From an uncultured Gemmatimonadaceae bacterium (GTDB taxonomy: Bacteria; Gemmatimonadota; Gemmatimonadetes; Gemmatimonadales; GWC2-71-9), in assembly GCA_964574295.1 (NCBI GenBank), contig CAZNLY010000011.1, positions 1,142 to 65,141 on the forward strand: DNA of 64,000 bases, given 5' to 3'. This document shows positions 36,658 through 45,301 of this stretch, one piece after another. A model generated the notes under the pieces. That model saw only the letters and a program-made list of their open reading frames with translations, did no database searches and had not been told where the DNA came from. Made by a program: the position numbers and the translations under genes. The number at the start of each line of letters is the position of its first letter. Positions within the stretch are counted from its first letter, which is position 1.

Positions 36658-38616
36658 CTAGACGAGGGCCGCAGCATCGAGGATCAGCGCCGGGGTGCCA
36701 TCGGCGAGGATGGTCGCGCCGCTGAAGAGCGGCGGGGTCCCCCGGGGCGCATCGAACGGCTCCACCACCACTTCCTGCTGTCCCACCAGCGAGTCCACCA
36801 CCACCGCCGACCGGCGGTCTCCCACCTCGAGCACCAGCCCCGGCCGCCGCGGCGGGACCGGCCCCGCGGCGGCGCCCAGGAGGGCGCGCAGGTGCACCGT
36901 CGGGAGCACCCGGTCGCGCAGGACGATCGCCTCCCGGCCCTTCACCTCGGTGGCCGGCTGCGCGTCGAACTCCACCGTCTCGGCCACGTAGGAGAGCGGC
37001 AGCAGGTAGCGCTCCGTCCCCACGCGGGCGGTGAGCACCCGCAGGATGGCCAGCGTGAGCGGCAGCCGCAGCGTGAAGGTGGTCCCCGCGCCGGGCGCGG
37101 TGGCGATCTCCACGGAGCCGCCGTGCGCGCGCACCCGCGTGAGGACGACGTCGATCCCCACGCCACGCCCGGACACGCTGCTGACCCGCTCGGCGGTGCT
37201 GAACCCCGGCCGCCCGAGGACCTTGAGCAGGAGGTCGTCGGACAGCTGCTCCACCTCGGGCCCCACCGCCCCCTCCCGCCTGGCCTTGGCCAGGATGGCG
37301 GCACGATCGATCCCGCGGCCGTCGTCCTCGATCCGGATGGCCACGCTGCTCCGCTCGCGCGCCGCCGAGAGGACCAGCCGGCCCTCCGCCGGCTTGCCGC
37401 GGCGGGTGCGCTCGTCCGGGGTCTCGAGGCCGTGGTCCACCGCGTTCCGGAGGAGGTGCAGGAGTGGATCCCCGAGCTCGTCGAGGATGGCGCGGTCCAG
37501 CTCGATTCCCTCGCCCTGCATCTCGAACCGGATCTGCTTGCCGAGCTGGCGAGCCAGGTCGCGCACCGCGCGCGGGAAGCGGTCGAACACCTGCCAGACC
37601 GGGGTCATCCGCGCCTCGATGACTTCCGTCTGCAGGTCGCTCACCAGCCGGCTGATGCGGGCGCCGAGCGCCTCCAGTTCCCCCCCCGGCTCTTGCTGCG
37701 CCAACTCGATGAGCCGGTTGCGCGCCACCACGAGCTCGCCCACCTGGCTCATCAGCGCATCCAGCCGCCGCCGATCGACGCGGACCTGCCCGGTGCGCGC
37801 CGCCGGGGCAGCCGCCGCCGCCGGGAGCTCCGCCGTCGGAATCCGCCATTCCGCGGTCTGCACGGTGTCGGCGTCCACCGCCACGCTGGCGACGTCGCCG
37901 GCCGCCTCGATCCACGCCACCACCTTCGACTCGGGCGCCTCGGCGTCGAGCCGGAAGGTGAACCGCCCGTCGAACCCCGGCGCGTCAAACGCCGTGGCCG
38001 GCGGCATGACGCCCGACACCTTGCCCAGCTGTTCCGCCCGGCGCAGCGCGAGATGCGCCCGCGCGCCGATCAGCGGGGCGTCCCGCCGGATCTCGACGCG
38101 AACCACGCGGCCCGCCTCGGCGGCGAAGCCCGACTCCGCCGCCACCGCGACCGCCGGCACGACGGGTGCCGGAGCGGCTCCCCGCTTGGAGGCTCCCCGC
38201 TTCTTGCCCCTGGCGAGTGGGGCCTCCGGCGCCGCGGGGGCCACGGCCGCCCGCTCGAGCGCCCCGGGCAGGTCGCCGGCATCGAAGCCGGCATCCGCGC
38301 CCGCCGCGGCCTCATCCACCCCGCGTTCCAGTGCGTCGACCGACTTGAGGAGCAGGTCCACCGCGGCCGCGCCGCCCGGGGCGCGCCCGGCCCGGATGGC
38401 GTCGAGGAGGTGTTCCGTGCGATGCGCGAGGTCGGCCAGGCGGGCGTAGCCCATCGTGGCCGCCATCCCCTTCAGCGAATGGATCGCGCGGAAGAGGCCG
38501 TCGACCGCGCCGGTGGAAGCCGGTTCCCGCTCCCACTCGAGGAGGAGCCGGTTGCACGTGGTGAGGTGTTCACGGCTCTCGGCGAGGAAGAGCGCGGCGT
38601 ACTTGTTCAGGTCCAT
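36658..38616 (-). CDS. cheA: Chemotaxis histidine kinase CheA (HPT, P2, dimerisation, HATPase, CheW domains)
   Basis: FRAIHSLKGMA, VRVDRRRLD, HLLRNAVDHG, DDGRGID, PGFSTAE..SGRGVG; P2-like ARAHLALRRAEQLG. Confidence 0.97.
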   Translation of the reverse strand: MDLNKYAALFLAESREHLTTCNRLLLEWEREPASTGAVDGLFRAIHSLKGMAATMGYARLADLAHRTEHLLDAIRAGRAPGGAAAVDLLLKSVDALERGVDEAAAGADAGFDAGDLPGALERAAVAPAAPEAPLARGKKRGASKRGAAPAPVVPAVAVAAESGFAAEAGRVVRVEIRRDAPLIGARAHLALRRAEQLGKVSGVMPPATAFDAPGFDGRFTFRLDAEAPESKVVAWIEAAGDVASVAVDADTVQTAEWRIPTAELPAAAAAPAARTGQVRVDRRRLDALMSQVGELVVARNRLIELAQQEPGGELEALGARISRLVSDLQTEVIEARMTPVWQVFDRFPRAVRDLARQLGKQIRFEMQGEGIELDRAILDELGDPLLHLLRNAVDHGLETPDERTRRGKPAEGRLVLSAARERSSVAIRIEDDGRGIDRAAILAKARREGAVGPEVEQLSDDLLLKVLGRPGFSTAERVSSVSGRGVGIDVVLTRVRAHGGSVEIATAPGAGTTFTLRLPLTLAILRVLTARVGTERYLLPLSYVAETVEFDAQPATEVKGREAIVLRDRVLPTVHLRALLGAAAGPVPPRRPGLVLEVGDRRSAVVVDSLVGQQEVVVEPFDAPRGTPPLFSGATILADGTPALILDAAALV

Positions 38617-38619
38617 GCG

Positions 38620-38982
38620 TCAGCCGAGGACGCGCTGCACCGCCTCGAGGACCCGGCTCGGCTGGAACGGCTTGACGACGAAGTCCTTGGCGCCGGCCTG
38701 GATGGCCTCGACCACCAGGGCCTGCTGGCCCATGGCGCTGCACATCAGGATCTTGGCCTCCGGCGACTCGCGACAGATCTCGCGCACCGCGTCGATCCCG
38801 CCCATGTCGGGCATCACGATGTCCATCGTGACGAGGTCGGGCTTGAGCTGGCGGTACTTCTCCACCGCCTGCACGCCCGTCTCCGCCTCGCCCACCACCT
38901 CGAATCCCGCCTGGGTGAGGATGTCGCTGATCATGGTCCGCATGAAGATGGCATCGTCGCACACCAGGACCGTGTGGCTCAC
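38620..38982 (-). CDS. cheY: Chemotaxis response regulator CheY
   Basis: CDDAIFMR, PDLVTMDIVMP, CSAMGQQ, GAKDFVVKPF (Bacillus/Thermotoga-like). Confidence 0.96.
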   Translation of the reverse strand: MSHTVLVCDDAIFMRTMISDILTQAGFEVVGEAETGVQAVEKYRQLKPDLVTMDIVMPDMGGIDAVREICRESPEAKILMCSAMGQQALVVEAIQAGAKDFVVKPFQPSRVLEAVQRVLG

Positions 38983-39000
38983 AAGTCGTTCTCCGGGCGT

Positions 39001-39474
39001 CTAGGTGGTCCGTGATTGGGAGCGGCCGGCCCCGCCGGACCCGCTGAGCAACGGCGACAGCAGGGCCTCGGTGTCGAGCAGGACGAAGTGCTGGCCGTCG
39101 CGGCGGCCGACCGCCTTGACCAGGCGGCGATCCACGCCGGGGAGCGCCTCACCCGCCTCGAGCTGCGCTGCGGGAAGCTCGAAGAGGTCGTCCACGCGGC
39201 CGACCGCGAGACCGAGCCGCCGCGTGCCGACGTCCACCACGAGGAGGGCGCCCTCGTGCTCCGGCAACGGCGCGCGGCCGAGGAGCCGGTGCCCGTCGAC
39301 CACCGTCAGGAGCGTGCCGCGGACGTTGACCAGACCGAGGACGACTTCGGGGGCGCCGGGGATCCGGGTCGTGGGGAGGGGTGCCAGGATTTCCCGGGCA
39401 CGGCCGGCGGGGATGCCGCAGGCCAGATCACCCACCTGGAACACCACGACGCGCACCGCCTGGGAGTCAGCCAT
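39001..39474 (-). CDS. cheW: Chemotaxis coupling protein CheW
   Basis: TRIPGAPEVVLGLVNVRGTLLTVVD, LGLAVGRVDD; ATG 39474. Confidence 0.9.
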   Translation of the reverse strand: MADSQAVRVVVFQVGDLACGIPAGRAREILAPLPTTRIPGAPEVVLGLVNVRGTLLTVVDGHRLLGRAPLPEHEGALLVVDVGTRRLGLAVGRVDDLFELPAAQLEAGEALPGVDRRLVKAVGRRDGQHFVLLDTEALLSPLLSGSGGAGRSQSRTT

Positions 39475-40477
39475 CTCTATTGAAGAAAAGAAGATAGCGA
39501 AGGGGGTCGGGCTGGGCAACAGAGAGCGCATCGCCGGCCGCGATCTGGAGCGCCTCGCGCAGGTCGGCCGGCCATTCTGACCGGAATTCGAGGGCCTCGT
39601 CGGTCACCGGATGGCGGAAGGCGAGCTGGGCGGCGTGCAACGCCTGGCGCGGTGCCGCCCGCTCGACCGCCTCCGCCACGAGCCGGGCCGATCCCGAGAT
39701 CCGGCGGCTCCCCCCCGCCCCGTACACCGGATCTCCCACCACCGGATGACCGATGTGCGCGAGGTGCACCCGGATCTGGTGCGTCCGTCCGGTGTGGAGT
39801 TCGAGTCGCAGCAGGTCGGCCACCCCGAAGCGGGCCACACACCAGGCGTCGGTCACCGCCGCCCGGCCGGTGGAGAGCACCGCCATCCGCTTCCGGTCGG
39901 TGGGGTGGCGCGCGAGGGGGGCCTCGATGCGGGTGGGGCTCTCGTCGAGGTGGCCCCACGCGAGGGCGGCATAGACCCGGCGGATGCGGCGCGCGGCGAG
40001 GAGGTGTCCCAGCCGGCGGTGCGCCAGGTCGGTCTTGGCGATGAGCATCAGGCCGGAGGTGTCCCGGTCGAGCCGATGCACGATTCCCGGCCGGCCCTCG
40101 GCGCCACCGGCCAGGGTGGTGCCGCGCGCCACGAGGGCGTTGACGAGGGTGTCGTCCCAATGGCCGGGCGCGGGGTGAACCACCAGTCCGGCAGGCTTGT
40201 CGATCACGGCCAGGTGGTCGTCCTCGTGGACGACCGTCAACGGGATGTCGGCGGGGCGGAGCTGGCGCGGCGGCTCCGCCTCCGGGAGGGTGACCTCCAC
40301 GGTGTCTCCGCGCACGAGGAGGCGGGAGGCGCGGGCGGCAGCGCCGTTCACCGTGACGCACCGCGCCGCCACCAGGCGCGCGGCCTGGGTTCGCGAATAC
40401 TGGAGTTGGTCGGCAAGGAAGCGGTCGAGCCGCTCGGTGGTGTCCGCGACGACGGTGAAGCGGTGGGAGGGGCCCAT
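39467..40477 (-). CDS. rluD: RluA-family 23S rRNA pseudouridine synthase RluD
   Basis: S4 domain RLDRFL, KPAGLVVHP, HRLDRDTSG, TGRTHQIR. Confidence 0.96.
   Translation of the reverse strand: MGPSHRFTVVADTTERLDRFLADQLQYSRTQAARLVAARCVTVNGAAARASRLLVRGDTVEVTLPEAEPPRQLRPADIPLTVVHEDDHLAVIDKPAGLVVHPAPGHWDDTLVNALVARGTTLAGGAEGRPGIVHRLDRDTSGLMLIAKTDLAHRRLGHLLAARRIRRVYAALAWGHLDESPTRIEAPLARHPTDRKRMAVLSTGRAAVTDAWCVARFGVADLLRLELHTGRTHQIRVHLAHIGHPVVGDPVYGAGGSRRISGSARLVAEAVERAAPRQALHAAQLAFRHPVTDEALEFRSEWPADLREALQIAAGDALSVAQPDPLRYLLFFNRDG
39491..39519 (-). promoter_or_regulatory. Putative sigma70 promoter for the che/mgl operon inside the rluD 3' end
   Basis: TTGCCC (39519-39514), 17 nt, TATCTT (39496-39491), followed by an unusually AT-rich run before the cheW ATG. 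Confidence 0.6.
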
Positions 40478-40486
40478 GGGGCCGGC

Positions 40487-40996
40487 TCAGCCGGCCGATG
40501 CGGTTTCGCGCCGGGCTTCCCGGCTGTCCTCGATCCACAGCGAAATGGCCAGCGCCACGGCCCCGCAGCTCACGGCGATGTCCGCCACGTTGAAGGTGGG
40601 CCAGCGGAGCGCGCCCACGCCGACGTCGAGGAAGTCCACCACGCCGAGCGGGCTGCGGATGCGGTCGATCAGGTTGCCGGCGGCGCCGCCCGCCACCAGG
40701 CCGAGGGCAAGCTGCCGGAAGCGGTCGCCGGGCGCGGCCACGAGCGACATCCGGTTGAGCAGCACCACGGCCCCCAGCGCCAGCGCCAGGAAGATCCAGC
40801 GGGAGTAGGGACCGAGGTGGAGGCCGAAGGCGGCGCCGGGATTGTAGACCAGCCGGAGCTGGAACCACTCCCCCGCCACGGACAGGCCCGACGAGCGGAG
40901 GAGGAAGGCCTCCGCCGCGAGCTTGGTGATTGCATCGAGCGCCACCACGCCGAGGGCGACGCCCAGGAAGAGGCGCCGCTCAGCGCCGCTTGGCAT
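40487..40996 (-). CDS. lspA: Lipoprotein signal peptidase II
   Basis: YNPGAAFG, GNLIDR, VVDFL, FNVADIA. Confidence 0.97.
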   Translation of the reverse strand: MPSGAERRLFLGVALGVVALDAITKLAAEAFLLRSSGLSVAGEWFQLRLVYNPGAAFGLHLGPYSRWIFLALALGAVVLLNRMSLVAAPGDRFRQLALGLVAGGAAGNLIDRIRSPLGVVDFLDVGVGALRWPTFNVADIAVSCGAVALAISLWIEDSREARRETASAG

Positions 40997-41363
40997 CCTC
41001 TTCCTTTTCCTTGCAGGTGATGCACAGGCGGGCGTGCGGGAGGGCGTCGAGCCGTTCGAAGTTGATGCTGGCGCCGCAGCTTTCGCAGGTGCCGAACCGG
41101 TCGGGATTGTTGTAGAGCCGCCCGAGCGCCTGGTTGACGTGCCAGAGGTACCGCCCCTCCTTCGACGCCATCAGGAACTGCTTTTCGCGCTCCATGGCGT
41201 CGGTGCCCTGGTCGGCCATGTGGAAGGAGTACGAGGAGAGGTCGCCATCGGCGCCCTGGAGCGTGGAATTGAAGGACTCGTCGTAGTGGCCGAGTTCCTT
41301 CATGACGCGCGCGCGCTCCTCGATCAGGCGCTTTTCGAAATAGCTGAGCTGCTTCTTGTTCAT
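40980..41363 (-). CDS. dksA: DksA/TraR C4 zinc-finger protein
   Basis: HMADQGTD coiled-coil tip, CESC...RLDALP...CITC; ATG 41363. Confidence 0.9.
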   Translation of the reverse strand: MNKKQLSYFEKRLIEERARVMKELGHYDESFNSTLQGADGDLSSYSFHMADQGTDAMEREKQFLMASKEGRYLWHVNQALGRLYNNPDRFGTCESCGASINFERLDALPHARLCITCKEKEEDAKRR

Positions 41364-44300
41364 GCCGTTCCCGTGTGTGTTGGTGCCGGCCGCCGGCCGG
41401 CGTCGTCCCAAGTCGTCACGCCGATGGTGGCCTCGAGGCCGTCCAGGGTGACCGCCTGCTCGCGGTCCGGGCGCTCTGCCCGCGCTCCCACCGCCAGCGC
41501 GCGCGCCAGGGTCTCGCCGCAAATGAAGTCCGTGTGCTCCCGCACGGCGTCCAGCAGGCCAGGCGGGCCATCAATCGCCAGCGCCACCCGGGTCGAGGGG
41601 GTATACCCCGCGTCCCTGCGGAGGCGCTGGATGCGGTTCACCATTTCGCGAGCCAGCCCCTCCCGCCGGAGTTCCGGGGTCAGGGCCGGGTCGAGCGCCA
41701 CCACGAAAGGACCGTCGCTCTGGACGGCCAGGTCGCTGGTGACCTCCCGGCTCACCGCCACATCCTCAGAAAGATAGTCGAATCGCCGTCCGTCCACCTC
41801 GACTGAGGCGGTGCCCCCCGCCTCGAGCGACCTGAGCTGGTCGGCGCCCAGCCGGGCTGCCGCCGCGGCAGCGGCCGGGGTCTCCTTGCCGTAGCGCTTG
41901 CCGAGGGCACGGAAGTTCGGCTTGGCCTGGAGGCGCACGAGGTCGGCGTCGCTGGAGACGACCTCCACCTGCTTGACGTTGACCTCGGCGGCCAGGAGGT
42001 CGAGCAGCGCCGCGAAGGCCTCGCCCCGCACCGACGCCGGCACCGCCACCAGCATCCGCCCCAGCGGCTGGCGGACCCCGCGCCCGATCTCCTCCCGCGC
42101 GGCCCGCGCGAGGGAGGCGAGGCGCCGGACCCCGTCCATGGCCGCCTCCAGCGACGCGTCGCGGGGGGACCCCGGCGCCGGAAACTCGGCGAGGTGCACG
42201 GAGGAGCCGGCGAGCGCCCGGTGCAGCCAATCGGAAAGGAAGGGAGCGGCCGGGGCCAGGAGTCGGGCCACCGTGACCAGGCACTCGTGGAGCGTCGCCA
42301 AAGCCGCGGCGTCGGCCTCGCGGTCGGGCGCCCAGAAGCGGGCCCGATTCAGGCGGACGTACCAGTTGGAAAGGTCGTCCACCACGAACGCCATGACCGC
42401 CCGGGTGCCCGCGGTGACGTCGTACGCCTCCCACGCCGCGTGCACCGCCTCGATCGTGGCGGCGAGCCGACTCCGGATCCAGCGATCGGCGAGCGCCGAC
42501 GGCGCCGAGGCCCCCCCCGGCGTCCAGGCCCCGGCGTATTGCGCGAAGAACCGGTAGGTGTTCCGCAGGGTGTTGACGAACCCGCCGGCCACCTCCGGAA
42601 TGGTCCGTGCGTCGAATCGCTTGGGCAGCCAGACCTGGCTCGACGCCAGCAGGTAGAGCCGGACCACGTCGGCGCCGAATTCCCCCAGCAGCTCGGTGGG
42701 GTTCACCACGTTGCCGCGCGACTTCGACATCTTCTGGCCCTCGGCGTCGAGGACCAGCTCGTTGACGATGACATGGCGGTAGGCCGGCGCGTCGAAGGCC
42801 GCGGTCGCGATCGCCAGCAGGGAGTAGAACCACCCCCGCGTCTGGTCCACCCCCTCGCAGATGAAGTCGGCCGGGAAGTGGGCGGCGAACTCCGCCTCGT
42901 GCTCGAAGGGGTAGTGCCACTGCGCGTAGGGCATCGCCCCGGAATCGAACCAGGTGTCGATCACCTCGGGGGCGCGCGTCATCCGGCCGCCGCACGCGCA
43001 GGCCCACTCGTACCGGTCGATGAACGGCTTGTGCGGGTCGAAGTCGGCGGCGAGCGGCCGCCCCCACCGTTCCGCCAGCTCCGCATAGCTGCCGATCACC
43101 ACCACGTGCCCGGGGTCGCGGTCGCAGCTCCAGACCGGGAGGGGCGTCCCCCAGTACCGGTCACGCGACAGCGCCCAGTCCACGTTGTTGGCCAGCCACT
43201 CGCCGAAGCGCCCCGACCCGACCTCGGGCGGGTGCCACCCGACCTCGGCGTTGAGCGCCAGCATCCGGTCGCGCAGCGCGGAGGTGCGGACGAACCAGGA
43301 GTCGCGGGCGTAGTAGATCAGCTTGCTGCGGCAGCGCCAGCAGTGCGGATACGGGTGCACCACCTGCTCGGTCAGGAGGTGGCGCCCCTCCGCCTTGAGG
43401 CGGCGGACGATGAGCTCGTTGGTCTCGTCCGCCGTGACGAGCCTCCCCTCGAGCTCGGGCCAGGTGGTCCCGACGAAGGTCCCGTCCGCCGCCACCGGGC
43501 GCAGGAGCGCCAGGCCGTGCGCCTGGCCGGTGGCGTAGTCGTCGGCGCCGAAGGCGGGTGCCATGTGGACAATGCCGGAGCCATCGGTGGCCGTCACGAA
43601 ATCGCCCGACACCACGATCCCGTGATCGCCCTCGGGCGGCAGCGGGACCACGTCGAGTGGCCGCCGGTACCGGAGGCCCACGAGCGCGCTCCCCGGGAGC
43701 CGCCGGGCCGGCGCGGCGGGGGCGCCTTCCCCGAAGAGGCGCGCCAGGAGGCGCGGGGCCAGGGCCTGGGCCAACACCAGCGTGCGGCCCGCCACCACCG
43801 GGTCGGCGTACTCCGCGTACTCAAGGTCGGGGTGCACCGCCACCGCCACGTTCGACGGAAGGGTCCACGGCGTGGTGGTCCACACCACGAGTTCCCGGCC
43901 GCTGCCGTCGGTCAGCGGGAACGTGACGAACACCGCCTTGTCGGTCACGTCCTCATAACCCTGCGCCAGCTCGTGGCTCGACAGCACGGTGCCGCAGCGG
44001 GGGCAGTACGGCAGCACCCGGTGCCCGCGCGTCAGGAGGCCGCGGTCGTGCAGGCGCCGGAGGATCCACCAGACGCTCTCGACGTAATCGTTGCTGAAGG
44101 TGATGTACGGCCGGTCGTAATCGAGCCAGTAGCCGATCCGGTCGGACATCGCCTCCCAGTCGGCCTTGTAGGTAAACACGCTCGTCCGGCAGAGCGCGTT
44201 GAAGCGCTCGACGCCGTAGGCCTCCACCTCCTTCTTTCCCTTGAGCCCGAGCTGCTTCTCCACCTCGATCTCGACGGGAAGGCCGTGGGTGTCCCACCCC

Positions 44301-44548
44301 GCGATCCGCGTCACCGCCCGCCCCTGCATGGCGCGGAAGCGGCAAATCAGGTCCTTGATGGTCCGGCTGAAGACGTGGTGGATGCCGGGCTTGCCGTTGG
44401 CCGTGGGCGGGCCCTCGAAGAACACGAACGGCCGGCCGCCCTTCGTGGCGGCCTGGGTGGCGTGGAAGAGGTCCTCGCGCTTCCAGGTGGCGAGGAGTTC
44501 CCGTTCGAGCGCGTCGGCGGTGAGGTCGGGAAGGGACGGAAAGGGCAT
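41360..44548 (-). CDS. ileS: Isoleucine--tRNA ligase (type 2)
   Basis: EGPPTANGKPGIHH, GWDTHGLP, WTTTPWTLPSN, KMSKS, C-terminal EGLAREMVNRIQRLR of IleRS2. Confidence 0.98.
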   Translation of the reverse strand: MPFPSLPDLTADALERELLATWKREDLFHATQAATKGGRPFVFFEGPPTANGKPGIHHVFSRTIKDLICRFRAMQGRAVTRIAGWDTHGLPVEIEVEKQLGLKGKKEVEAYGVERFNALCRTSVFTYKADWEAMSDRIGYWLDYDRPYITFSNDYVESVWWILRRLHDRGLLTRGHRVLPYCPRCGTVLSSHELAQGYEDVTDKAVFVTFPLTDGSGRELVVWTTTPWTLPSNVAVAVHPDLEYAEYADPVVAGRTLVLAQALAPRLLARLFGEGAPAAPARRLPGSALVGLRYRRPLDVVPLPPEGDHGIVVSGDFVTATDGSGIVHMAPAFGADDYATGQAHGLALLRPVAADGTFVGTTWPELEGRLVTADETNELIVRRLKAEGRHLLTEQVVHPYPHCWRCRSKLIYYARDSWFVRTSALRDRMLALNAEVGWHPPEVGSGRFGEWLANNVDWALSRDRYWGTPLPVWSCDRDPGHVVVIGSYAELAERWGRPLAADFDPHKPFIDRYEWACACGGRMTRAPEVIDTWFDSGAMPYAQWHYPFEHEAEFAAHFPADFICEGVDQTRGWFYSLLAIATAAFDAPAYRHVIVNELVLDAEGQKMSKSRGNVVNPTELLGEFGADVVRLYLLASSQVWLPKRFDARTIPEVAGGFVNTLRNTYRFFAQYAGAWTPGGASAPSALADRWIRSRLAATIEAVHAAWEAYDVTAGTRAVMAFVVDDLSNWYVRLNRARFWAPDREADAAALATLHECLVTVARLLAPAAPFLSDWLHRALAGSSVHLAEFPAPGSPRDASLEAAMDGVRRLASLARAAREEIGRGVRQPLGRMLVAVPASVRGEAFAALLDLLAAEVNVKQVEVVSSDADLVRLQAKPNFRALGKRYGKETPAAAAAAARLGADQLRSLEAGGTASVEVDGRRFDYLSEDVAVSREVTSDLAVQSDGPFVVALDPALTPELRREGLAREMVNRIQRLRRDAGYTPSTRVALAIDGPPGLLDAVREHTDFICGETLARALAVGARAERPDREQAVTLDGLEATIGVTTWDDAGRRPAPTHTGTA

Positions 44549-44570
44549 CAGCGACCGGTGTGGGTGATGG

Positions 44571-45257
44571 TCATGCGCTGCGCCCCCCGAAGAGGATCGT
44601 GCCGAGCCGCACCATGGTGGCGCCCTCCTCGACCGCCGTCTCGAAGTCCCCGGACATCCCCATCGAGAGCTCCGGAAGGACGTGCCCCCGCGCCTGGGAC
44701 TCGTCCCGGAGCCGCCGGAGCAGCGCGAAGGCCCGCCGCTGGCGCATCGGATCGTCGGTCAGCTCGGCCATGGTCATGAGGCCCCGCATCTCGAGCCGCG
44801 ACAGGGCGCGGAGCCCGTCGAGCAGTTCGGGCAGGGCCGCCGGCTCCACCCCGCCCTTCTGGGGCTCACCGGAACAGTTGACCTGCACCAGCACGCGCTG
44901 GACACCGTCCCCAGCCATGCGCCGGTCGAGCTCCGCGGCCAGGTCGAGGCGATCCACCGAATGGATGAGGGCGAAGCGCCCCGCGGCGTGGCGCGCCTTG
45001 TTTTTCTGCAGCGTGCCGACCAGGTGCCAATCGACGCCCAGTTCGGGAAGCGCGTCCTGCTTGGAGAGCGCCTCCTGGACCCGGTTCTCGCCGACCGCGG
45101 TGAGTCCCGAGCGAACCGCCGCGACCACCGCCTCCGGCCCGAAGGTCTTGGTGACGGCCACGATGGTGACCGGCCCGGTCCGGCCGGCACGCGCCTGGGC
45201 CGCGGCAATCCGTGCGCGCACCTCCGCCAGCCGCGCCGGGAGCTCCGCAAACGTCAT
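44571..45257 (-). CDS. yggS: PLP homeostasis protein YggS
   Basis: VAVTKT, GENRVQE, WHLVGTLQKNK, LSMGMSGDF, VRLGTILFG; ATG 45257. Confidence 0.96.
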   Translation of the reverse strand: MTFAELPARLAEVRARIAAAQARAGRTGPVTIVAVTKTFGPEAVVAAVRSGLTAVGENRVQEALSKQDALPELGVDWHLVGTLQKNKARHAAGRFALIHSVDRLDLAAELDRRMAGDGVQRVLVQVNCSGEPQKGGVEPAALPELLDGLRALSRLEMRGLMTMAELTDDPMRQRRAFALLRRLRDESQARGHVLPELSMGMSGDFETAVEEGATMVRLGTILFGGRSA

Positions 45258-45301
45258 AAGCGCGAAAAATAGGCGGGCTTGCCCGTTCCCGGCAGGGCGC
45301 G

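Noticed and set aside
32169-36725. 1518-aa plus-strand ORF, and other long antisense ORFs such as 2480-5014, 42194-44779, 49056-51596 and 55349-58186
   Set aside because: Shadow frames opposite well-supported minus-strand genes. GC3-biased codons leave antisense frames stop-poor, and the translations have no recognisable motifs.
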